In this document: positions 53,760 to 64,000 of the stretch, in pieces
Layout: each line of letters begins with the position of its first letter
How positions within the stretch are numbered: the stretch's first letter is position 1
Origin: Octopus sinensis
Lineage: Eukaryota
Length of the DNA: 64,000 bases
Assembly (NCBI RefSeq): GCF_006345805.1
Contig: NC_042997.1
Span: 151,342,001 to 151,406,000 of the forward strand
Reading direction: 5' to 3'
The notes under the pieces: generated by a model
The model's database searches: none
Told to the model about the DNA's origin: nothing
Seen by the model: only the letters and a program-made list of their open reading frames with translations
Position numbers and translations under genes: made by a program

Positions 53760-54829
53760 AGTACCAGTAGAAAAACTTTTTAGCCCTGAAGGACATTCAT
53801 GCTGACAAGCTTGGTACAGGAGATGAAGTTGAAGCTTGATCAACAGTGCAAAAATTAGCAGCTAATTTAGGAAGGATATGGAGAGTCTTGAAGATTAACC
53901 AAGGTCTGACCGTCCTGCAACTGTCACAACGAAGGAAAACACTGACAGTGTTCACAACGTGGTGAACATAGTGACAGACGATTGACTATAAAACAAATGG
54001 AAAATGCTATTAGCATATTCCGTGAGAGAGTTGAGAATGTTCTTCACAATGAATTTGGTGTGTCGAACATTTCTGGTCGGTGCGTGCCACGTCTTCTGAT
54101 ACCTGTTCAAAAGCGCACCAGGTTGATTACAGGAAAGGCTGACATTGTTTGATGGAGATCCCTTAAGTTTCTTTCAACATCTCTTGAGCCAGGATGAGTG
54201 TTGAGTTCATCCCTTTGAGCTAGTTACATTCATTGCAGTGGAAACATCTCTCCCCACCTGCTCCAAAGAAGACCAAGGTAGTTTGACCCGCAGGGAGTTT
54301 CACGGCTTCAAGGTTTTGCGGATGCAAAAGGTGTTGTGGGTAATGACTATCTTCAAAAGGCCACACCTTCAATGGAGATTGCTACACCATATTGCTGAAG
54401 CTGATGCGAAAGTCTATCAAAACTGTACAGTCAAGATACCTGACGAAAGAGGTCTTTTTCATCAGATCAGTGCTCCAGAACACAAGTATTAGGCTTCAAT
54501 GGCTGCTGTACGTGATTGTAGCTTTGAAACGGTTGGTCACTCTCCAAATTTTCTTGACTTTGCCTCATTTCAACACTATCTTTATCACAACATAAAAAAA
54601 AACAGATTTGTCTACAAGGTAATATCGTAGTGAGGATGACGTCATAACTGTTGTTGAATTTTTTTAAGCAACAGGATTAAAGCTTCTTCACCAATTGTAT
54701 CCAATCGCGGCAACACTCATGGAAGAAGAGTATGAACCACAAGGAAGATTGTGTTAAAGAATAGACCTTAGTTGGTCACAGTCCATGAGAGTACGATGGT
54801 CAGTCTATGAAGTGTTCAGCCGACCCTCG
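53760..54829 (+). mobile_element. mariner transposon pseudogene
   Basis: RCVPRLLIPVQK (WVPRLL-like) and GHSPNFLDFAS (HPPYSPDLAP-like) remnants. TIR ttcagccgaccctcg at the right end. Confidence 0.85.
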
Positions 54830-54831
54830 TG

Positions 54832-54908
<77 letters not shown>

Positions 54909-55095
54909 GTGACAACTGTACTTATAACAAATCTATTATGAGCTAGAATTGTTTGTGTACGACTCCAGTCGATTTGAGTGCTACAATGATAATATATCCA
55001 CCAAGATCTACACTACATATATGCAAAAATATATATATAGAAACACTCACATACACATATAAACATACCTACAGCCACACACGCATACATTTATA

Positions 55096-55832
55096 CAGTT
55101 GCGGCCAAAATGTTCCGAACGGCATTGTTTTCGTCAGAAAAGTAAGTATAAGTTTCTATCAAACTTGTTTTATGTTCTATAATTTTCACAGACAATAAAT
55201 ACAATATCACTTGTTATTGTCTGAGATTTTGGTGTAATTTGAGAGGATAATACAAAAGTTATGGATGATTTAGTGATTTACTGCAAAACCCATGGCGGCC
55301 AAAATGATCAGAACGGTTGAAAAAATAACAAAATAATCAAATATGACAGAGAATACTGGAATTATTTAATATTTAGTGTGAAGCCCTTTAGCTTCAATCA
55401 CACTCTGATATCTTCGACTGCATGAGGAAATTAAATTTTCAATTTCTTGCTGCGTGATCTTATTCCATTCTTCCTGAAGGGCTTTCCATAATTGCTCAGT
55501 TGTTTTAGGATTTCTGGCTTTCGAACGTTCTCCTAGAATATTCCATACATTTTCAATAGGATTGAAATCTGGGCTTTGAGCAGGCCAATCCATAACAATA
55601 ACCTTTTCAGCCTTGAGGAAGTTCATGACCGCCATGGGTTTTGCAGTAAAATCACTAAAACATCCATAACTTTTGTATTATCCTCTCAAATTACACCAAA
55701 ATCTCAGGCAATAACAAATAATATCGTATTTATTGTCTGTGAAAATTATAGAATATAAAACAAGTTTGATAAAAACTTATACTTACTTTTCAGACGAAAA
55801 CAATGCCGTTCTGAACATTTTGGCCGCAACTG
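55096..55832 (-). mobile_element. Tc1 (DD34E) IR/DR-type internal-deletion derivative
   Basis: TA-flanked ~200-bp TIRs starting cagttgcggccaaaatgtt, with an inner direct repeat at ~55297. Minus-strand WPAQSPDFNPIENVW...GLHTKY* C-terminus. Confidence 0.92.
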
Positions 55833-57367
55833 TATACGTATGTATGTATGTATGTATGTACATATAAATGCAAAAATATATATAAAAGATACAAGGAGTT
55901 TTCTTCAGGGTCGCGTAAACTAATATTTACTCATTCTCAGGGCATATAATTTACAGATTTTGTGACTACCTTTTGCAGTTTGTGACTTTGTGACGGCTTT
56001 TCCTAAATATGCGATTTTGCTATTTGGGGACTGCCTTTCCAAAGCGGCAAGAATCTGCTTCCCCTTGATAAGGTATGTGTAGATTAAAGCAGAAGGGAAA
56101 AGACAACCGGTTTGGCAAGACTTGACAAGGACATTTAATTTAGCTATGTAATAAAAAGTTATACATAATCTCTAACCACTGTTTCTAGAACAACCCAGCT
56201 ATTGGAACATCGTGTCGGGCGAGTATTCCAGCATATGCATCTATATGCATATTTGTAAGAGTGTGTGTATGTGTGTCCGCATGAGTATACAATTATGTTT
56301 ACATGATCTTTTAACAATGTTTTAGACTGTTTATTCCTCTAAGTCTGATTACATATGTGTGTATTTATATGTGTCTACGTGTGCTTTTAGATCTACAGGC
56401 ACATAAATCATCCATTTCTGTGATTTCTTTGTGCACTTGTAATTGGATAGGATGTGTAATACATGTTATCATAAATGCTAGGAATCTATAAGTTACTTCA
56501 ATAAAACTTTTCTTGCAAAATATACCTGAAAATCATTACCAATCTTTGTAGCTGAATGAACACAAGATATTATCATAAACACAAAACATTGCAGAAAAAT
56601 CGTTATTTAAACTTCATCATTTAGCTTAATCTGATATTTAGAACAAGTCATCTTTCATATTGAACGGCATTCATTAATATTTATTCAAATAATTCTTTAG
56701 TAATTATCCACTTCATGACTGCATCTAAGCGCATGAGGCCTCATAAATTAATAGTTTAAATATTCGTTCGTGTGTATGTATATTAATATACACCACATAT
56801 CTATTGGCTGCTAGGCCATTTGTTCATGAACCATTCGTAAAGAATTGTATAATATAGCATATACACATATGAATATATATTAGTATATATGTGATAGTAT
56901 TGAAATTGCCGGTATTTTGAGTTTCCATCATCGGCCGATTTATCAGTAAATGAAAGTGTTCTATGCATTAATACAGCTTCGTCGAACAATTTGCAGAAGC
57001 GTAATTTTAGAACAATATAAGATTTAAATGAAATAAAAATTTTCTTCCCTTGTTTATTGGCTGCTTATTGTTGCGGGTATTTAGATCTTAGTATTTAGCT
57101 CTGTGTAAAATTCCTTTCATTCTAAAGCCAGACAATTCCCATAGATTTATTGTCTTATTCGCAGGGGTGAAAACTGCTACTCTTTGATAAAATTGTGAAC
57201 GCTGAAGAGCATTGATAAAAGAATATTTTACATTACAAAGCAACAAGAATTTACTTCAACTTTTAAAGTTCTTTCTTCAGATGTATGTAATGCAAGTTGA
57301 TTATGACGTTTATTTGGTTTATTAGGATATATATGTGTGTGTATATATGTATGCATATATATATATG

Positions 57368-57459
<92 letters not shown>

Positions 57460-57546
57460 AATATATGAATACATACATAACAGTATATATAAATACATAT
57501 GCGTGTGTGAACACACACATACACACCCGTATATCATATGTGTATG

Positions 57547-58199
57547 TTGTTGCCCTTTATCAATGCAGCGTAGTCAGAACCAGCAGGTGTCGCTACTGAC
57601 CGTCTGTTCGAAGATTTTATTTTCCTAGTTACAGTGGAATACATCCACTTGTTTTCAATAATAGAAATACTAAAATTACTAAGTCTCTCTAAAAGAGATT
57701 ACGGCAGCGTTACTGAATATTAATAGTTATCGCCATACTAATATGGCAGTCTATAAATAAGACTAAAGCTGTCGCTGATTAGCTCCAAGAGGCCACCGCC
57801 TCTAGCTAGCTATACGACACACGAACCTGCGTCCATTACAACCTTCGAACAGGGGAGGTCAGCCGCTTCACCTTGCTAGTAAATAAAATCTTCGAACAGA
57901 CGGTCAGTAGCGACACCTGCTGGTTCTGACTACGCTGCATTGATAAAGGGCAACAAAACTGAAACATGTCTTCAGATGTCTGACTAGCAAGGTGAAGCGG
58001 CTGACCTCTCCTGTTCGAAGGTTGTAATGGACGCAGGTTCGTGTGTCATATAGCTAGCTAGAGGCGGTGGCCTCTTGGAGCTAATCAGCGACAGCTTTAG
58101 TCTTATTTATAGACTCCCATGTTAGTATGGCGATAACTATTAATATCCAGTAACGCTGCCGTAATCTCCTTTAGAGAGACTTAGTAATTTTAATATTTC

Positions 58200-58205
<6 letters not shown>
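57547..58205. repeat. interleaved inverted repeats A-B-A'-B'
   Basis: A 57547-57622 and A' 57881-57956 match at 76/76. B 57658-57880 and B' 57983-58205 span 223 bp with 7 mismatches. Confidence 0.95.
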
Positions 58206-58240
<35 letters not shown>

Positions 58241-58498
58241 GCTGTATTGTTCCTCTTGTGCTGTCTTGTTCCTCCCCACCACTACGAAACTCTATAAAAT
58301 GATTAAAATTCCCCACAAAGGAATTATTTTGATTTGAAAACCCCACTAGAATGGGTGAAAGCGCTAATGATCTAAGTGATATGATATATATGTAAAAAAT
58401 GTAATATATAAATAAATATCTTTAAATATAAACCATCCGATCTTCTGATTACCTCATTTCTTCTAATATATAATACCTGTACATCATCTTCAAACCTT

Positions 58499-58534
<36 letters not shown>

Positions 58535-58538
<4 letters not shown>

Positions 58539-58941
58539 CGCATATTTGCCATTTGAATATGGCTAACCCCTAAGGGTGGATGCTACTGTAGTTTGTAGCC
58601 CCAGGAAGATATCTCCTCCAGCTGGCTATAGACACACTATCTGTGTCCTCTCAGTATTTGTGAAGGGGAGTCATCCTCCCCGTCTTCAACTCATGATACA
58701 CACGGAACCCGAGTTTCAAGGTGTTTACCTTTCATCAGCGTGTGACAATCATGGTTGTCGACAAGAAGTCAGCTCCCTTCACAAATACATATACTTTTTC
58801 TAGTGTCGATTGACACTGATATTGAAAAAGTGAAATCAAACAATGATAAATCTCAGAGCGAGTTATAAACAGTAGCGGTAACACATCGTGACGCATATTT
58901 GCCATTTGAATATGGCTAACCCCTAAGGGTGGTTAGCCATA
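58535..58941 (-). mobile_element. hammerhead-containing ORF-less repeat (retrozyme / Penelope-like terminal repeat), copy 2
   Basis: One 353-bp period bounded by a 45-bp exact direct repeat (58535-58579 = 58888-58932). An 11-bp inverted tag at 58931-58941, (TA)n on both sides, and homology to 6872-7401. Confidence 0.75.
58699..58744 (-). ncRNA. minimal type I hammerhead ribozyme motif (intact core, 1-nt insertion near cleavage site)
   Basis: Minus strand: cacacg-CTGATGA-aagg-taaaca-cctt-GAAA-ctcgggt-TC-cgtgtg. Stem I is 6/6 and stem II is 4/4. Confidence 0.75.
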
Positions 58942-58994
58942 TACATATATATATATATATATATATATTCATATATATATATATATATATATAC

Positions 58995-59210
58995 ATTTCT
59001 TTACTGCCCACAAGGGGCTAAACATAGAGGGGACAAACAAGGACAGACAAAGAAATTAAGTCGATTACATCGACCCCAGTGCGAAACTGGTACTTTATTT
59101 ATCGACCCAGAAAGGATGAAAGGCAAAGTCGACCTCGGCGGAATTTCAACTCAGAACGTAATGATAGACGAAATACTGCTAAGCATTTCGCCCGGCGCGC
59201 TAACGTTTCT
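58995..59210 (-). mobile_element. young SINE family A
   Basis: Reverse complement of 18085-18316. Confidence 0.9.
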
Positions 59211-59237
59211 TGGAATGGCTGTCTGGTAAGTAGCTTA

Positions 59238-59640
59238 TAGGCACAGGAGTGGCTGTGTGGTAAGTAGCTTGCTTAACAACCACATATTTTCGGGTTCAGT
59301 CCCACTGCGTGGCACCTTGGGCTAGTGTTTTCTACTATAGCCTCGAGCCGACCAAAGCCTTGTGAGTGGATTTGGTAGACGGAAACTGAAGAAGCCCGTC
59401 GTATATATTGTGAATATATGTGTGTGTGTGTTTGTGTGTCTGTGGTTGTCCCTCCAACATAGCTTGACAACGAATGCTTGTGTGTTTACGTCCCCGTAAC
59501 CTTGCGGTTCGGCAAAAGAGACCAATAGAACAAGTACAAGGCTTACAAAGAATAAGTCCTTTAGTCGATTTGCTAGACTAAAGGCGGTGCTCCAGCATAG
59601 CCGCAGTCAATTGACTGAAACAAGTAAAAGAATAGAAGAG
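59238..59640 (+). mobile_element. full-length SINE family B
   Basis: Collinear with 36151-36542; preceded by a 25-bp extra head fragment. Confidence 0.9.
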
Positions 59641-59658
59641 TATATATACTATATTATA

Positions 59659-61764
59659 TCTCTTCTCTATATATAAAACTGAAATGCGTTTTTACCGCTT
59701 GGATCGCTTTTAATGCCACTACATCCCATCCGATTCGCTCCAAAATTTACAGGGACATGTAGAATGAGGTGACGATGACCGTGAGCTACCTTAGAAATCC
59801 CTATCTTAAAAGGTGTGGTTGCTAGGGGCCATCTTCCTCACTCACGGTATTTCCTCCATTATCTTCTCACTCCCCTTCATATATAACTTTGACAATTCCA
59901 CTACCGTTATTTAAAGTATCTGTCTTCCTAAAATCAATCTCGCTATTTCCTCTCTTTTTCACTCACTCTGTTTCTTACCTTCCCATCACGTCGGCGTTCT
60001 TTTATGTATCTGTCTGTCACCAACAACATACGAGCATGAGAACAAATATTATGAATCAGATATTCTTGCGTTCATTTATATGTGTGTGTGTGTGTGTGTT
60101 ATATATATAAATCATCATCATCATCATCATCGTTTAACGTCCGTTTTCCTCGCTGTGTGTGTGTGTGTGTTCTATATATAAATATGTATATATAATGTAT
60201 GTGTGTGTGTTCTATATATAAATATGCATATATAATGTATATATACAAAGTGTATATATCTGTATTTATGTATATTAAACTTTTTCATACTTTTTCATAG
60301 TTATATATATATTTTTAAACAAATTATAAATATAATTTAATAATTTTTATTTTCAATTTAAATAATTTAAATTATTCAATTTTATATTTTCTATATTTTC
60401 TATATTATATTTTTTTTAATGTTTTTGTTTTTGGTTTTTCACTATTTGATTTGCCTATTAGTGGTTTTATCTCTAATTTAATTTATACAGATATATATCT
60501 CATTTGTATACATTTGTATATATAATGCGTGCACACACACACACATATATATATACACATATATATATATAATGTGTGCATTACGTAGTCGGTCGATTCA
60601 GCTGAAAATATGCACACCTATGTTAAAAGTGCTGGCAAGTTTGCATGACAACTATTTTTTCCTCAAATGAAAGGCGTCACCTCTAGGACAAAATTCCTCA
60701 TCTTATAAAATGTGGCCCCAGTAGACCCGAAAGAAATCGGGTTATATTAACGAAAATGTGAAAAGGGATCTAAATGGGGCTGGAAGGGGATTAAAATTTC
60801 AAGGAGCGGGTGTTCAGGAATTCTCTGTTACATCAAGCTAAAAAATTTGCGCCAGCCTTTTAATCGTCAATGTGTTGCCGTCCATGATAAAGAAGTTTTC
60901 AATGCTTGCCATCGTGAGTCTACTATCGTGAGAAAGAATCAATTCAAAACTTGGTGTTTACGAATTTTCTTTTACATCAAGTTCAAAATTTTACGCCAGC
61001 TGGTTAAACTCTCAATACGTTGCTGTCCGTCGTTAAGAAATGCCAGCCATGGTGACTCTACTATCCTCAGATTCTATTCCTTCAAACTTTGGTTTCCAAT
61101 ATTTTATTATTTTTATTCAGCTCGCAAGTTCGTCTGTCCATTTTAAATGTTAGCGTTTTGCTGTCTGCCTTGAAGCAGACCTTTCCGTTGCCAATGCCTG
61201 ATATTTATGATTGATCTTTCTAAATATTTTATTTCTCAACTTGCTCAAGATCTTCTGTTGTTTATAAATGGGAGAGAGATAGATAAAGATAGAGAGTAAG
61301 AGAAAGCAAGGGAGAGTCCGAGAGAAAAGAAAAGTAAGAGAGTGGGAAAGTGAGAGAGAAAGGAGAGAGAAACAAAGAGGGAGATTCATCATCATCATCA
61401 TCGTTTAACGTCCGTTTTCCGTGCTAGCACGGGTTGGACAGTGTGACCGGGGTCTGGGAAGCCAGGAGGCTGCACCAGACTGCAGTCTGCTCTGGCAGTG
61501 TTTCTACAGGTGGATGACCTTCCTAACGCCAACCACTCTGTGAGTGTAGTGGGTGCTTTTTTTCGTGCCGCCGGCACAGGTGCCACGGGAGCTCGCAGCG
61601 GCAACGATCGGTTGGTACTTTTTACGTGCCACCGGCACAGAAGCAAGTCAAGGCGGCGCTGCAATCGGCCACGTTCGGATAGTGTTTTTTACGTGCTGAA
61701 AGGAAGCAACAGAAAGTAACAACCACACTCTTACCCGCGCGTAGAGCGGGTCACCTTCAGCTAG
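59659..61764 (+). mobile_element. probable non-autonomous Helitron
   Basis: 5' A|TC...tctctatatataaaa. 3' GC-rich hairpin acccgc-gcgtaga-gcgggt (61733-61751), 9 nt, then CTAG|T. Internal 144-bp tandem subrepeat at 60828/60972. That both ends belong to one element is inferred. Confidence 0.6.
61387..61695 (-). mobile_element. RTE-type retroelement 3' end with (GAT)n tail
   Basis: Minus-strand tail aaacggacgttaaacgatgatgatg. The same tail occurs as a short fragment at ~60113-60150. Confidence 0.6.
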
Positions 61765-61815
<51 letters not shown>

Positions 61816-61834
61816 CATGCATATATATATATTC

Positions 61835-61871
<37 letters not shown>

Positions 61872-62902
61872 CGTGTGCATATATATATATATGCATACAC
61901 ATACATACATGCAAACACACATATATGTATATGTCTGTGCATATGTATATTTATATATATATATATATGAATCCGTGGGTGTATTTGTGTGAGTTAGGGT
62001 ATGTGTGTATGTATATTTACATACTTATTTCTTTCTATTTATAAGTTTGTGTATCCTAACAAACACGTGTATCGATATATTAACCGATGTATTTATGACT
62101 TTTGTATGTATGTATGTATGTATGTAGTATATTTGGTATATGTATATGTATATGTATATACATACATACATACATATATTTGCTGTAAGTTACATATATG
62201 TCGGCCTATTCAACAGAAATCAAAAGTATTTAAAATTATTTCGTACATTGCTACAGCTTCATGGAATAATTTACACAACGGTAATTTTATAACAAAATAA
62301 GATTTAAATGATGACATAAAAAAAAGTTATTTTTCTCTCTTTATAGGTTGCTTATTCTTGTAAATGTTTAGGTTTTTGTATGTCTGGGTAAAATTCTCTT
62401 CATTCTAAAGCCAGACAATGTCTCGTAGATTTACTAGCTTGATCACAGGTGTGAACATTGAAACCTTTAAAAGCATTGATAAAATATTTTTTGTTTACAT
62501 CTCTTAGAGTACTGAAATTTCTTCAACTTTAATGCTGAACTGTATCTTCAAAAGTATCCTTTTATTATTCTTTCCGATGCCTTTTCGTCTGATCATAACC
62601 TTTCTTTGTGCTTGTAATTCTGTCATTCTATCTCCCTCCCGCATTTACTCATTCTTTGTATCTTTTTCCTTCTCTGTACACAAACGCGCGCGCACGCACA
62701 CACACACACACGCAGCCATATAAATAAATAAATAAATATATACATATATATATATACACACATATGTATCCCCCATATATATATATATATATATATATAT
62801 ACGTGTGTGTGTCTATATATTATATATATATATATATATGTATATACGTATGTATGCATGCATGTGTACACTTATAGACATCTACCATATATACACACAA
62901 AC

Positions 62903-62936
<34 letters not shown>

Positions 62937-64000
62937 GTGTGTATGCGTGCTTGTGTCTATGTATTATATATATGTATATACGTATGTATGTATGCGTATA
63001 TACACTTATACACATACATTTGTATACATACGTACGTATATGTTTTTAACCTGGTCGGGTATGTTCGTATGTAACTCTATGAATCTCTTTTTTCTTTTGA
63101 ACACAATTGTTGGTAAAAATGTGCCTGTTGTAATGTAACCATAGGTTTGCTTAGATAACGATCACCTTTTGAACACATATATTATTTCAAAAGAGAATTC
63201 TATTTTAAATTTCCTATCCTCTTATGTTCGACTACGATTTAAGGGGCTGGAAGAGTGATAAGCAGCTGGAATTCAAATGTTTTATCTGAAGGTATAATTT
63301 CAGGTCGTTTCTTGAAATAATCATAGTAAATTTCGCTTCCCATTGATATGTTCCCATTTTCTGATAACCGCATATTGAAGAAGAAAGGCTCCAGGCCACC
63401 AATTCCAGTTGATTTGCTCACTTGTTTATGGAACAGAGAGATTACTGCTACAGAAGCCTTCTAACCAGTGTGTAATTGACCACGAAGTTTCTACTCTGTC
63501 CTTGTACTCTATGATCTGTTCTACACGCCAGTGAACACTGCAGCATATTATTACTTCTATGCGCCCTTGCCGGTATTACTACATCTTCTAGCAATAAATC
63601 AATAAACATCTTCTTCATCTAATATCATTCGTTAGACCTAAGGAGATTGAGCTGATATTTTGTTATCTTGTCTTGCAATGGTATTTCATATTGATCTATC
63701 ATCCCAACGCTTAAACTTCAAATAACAATGCAATTTTAAAGATCGATTTATCCTCACTGCATTTCAAATTCGCAAAGTCATCAGGGTTAGTTTTTCAAAT
63801 ATGCTTCTTGTTTTCTTTTTTTCTATATGTGCTTCAATAAATACATTTTTTTTTTCTTTTTACATTGCAACTTCCTATGACCATTTTATTGTGAACGAAG
63901 TAAGTCAGTCATAACAATTGCTTTAAGCTACTAATAGAATTATTATATAGTGACGTTGCTGAGGATGAAAGCTATCTGTAAATCTGTAGTGTATTATACA

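Noticed and set aside
63239-63600. Protein-like minus-strand frames near the window end
   Set aside because: Short, interrupted by stops in all frames, with no family motif and no consistent splice boundaries.

Overview
AT-rich, microsatellite-saturated animal genomic DNA. The SINE families and repeat load suggest an octopod cephalopod; this is an inference from pattern recognition, not a database search. No host protein-coding gene can be called with confidence. Almost all ORFs in the track are microsatellite or transposon artefacts. The window is a transposon graveyard containing: three tRNA-derived SINE families, often nested in each other; an RTE/BovB-like 3' end; a young 5'-truncated Tx1-clade LINE with an intact 464-codon ORF sitting inside a (TATC)n array; two head-to-head R4/Dong (RLE) LINE remnants; maT, mariner, Tc1 IR/DR, Tigger and Tc2-like DNA transposon relics; and a probable non-autonomous Helitron. 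The most interesting signal is a ~350-nt ORF-less repeat present twice (6872-7401 on +, 58535-58941 on -). Each copy carries a minimal type I hammerhead-ribozyme motif, shows evidence of a tandem or circular template, has an inverted 5' segment, and sits in (TA)n. This fits a retrozyme or Penelope-like terminal-repeat family. A second interleaved inverted repeat (57547-58205) and a lone motif at 9023-9068 also look hammerhead-related. Other notable structures are a 1.56-kb foldback with ~690-bp arms and an (AAT)n-anchored non-tRNA element family.
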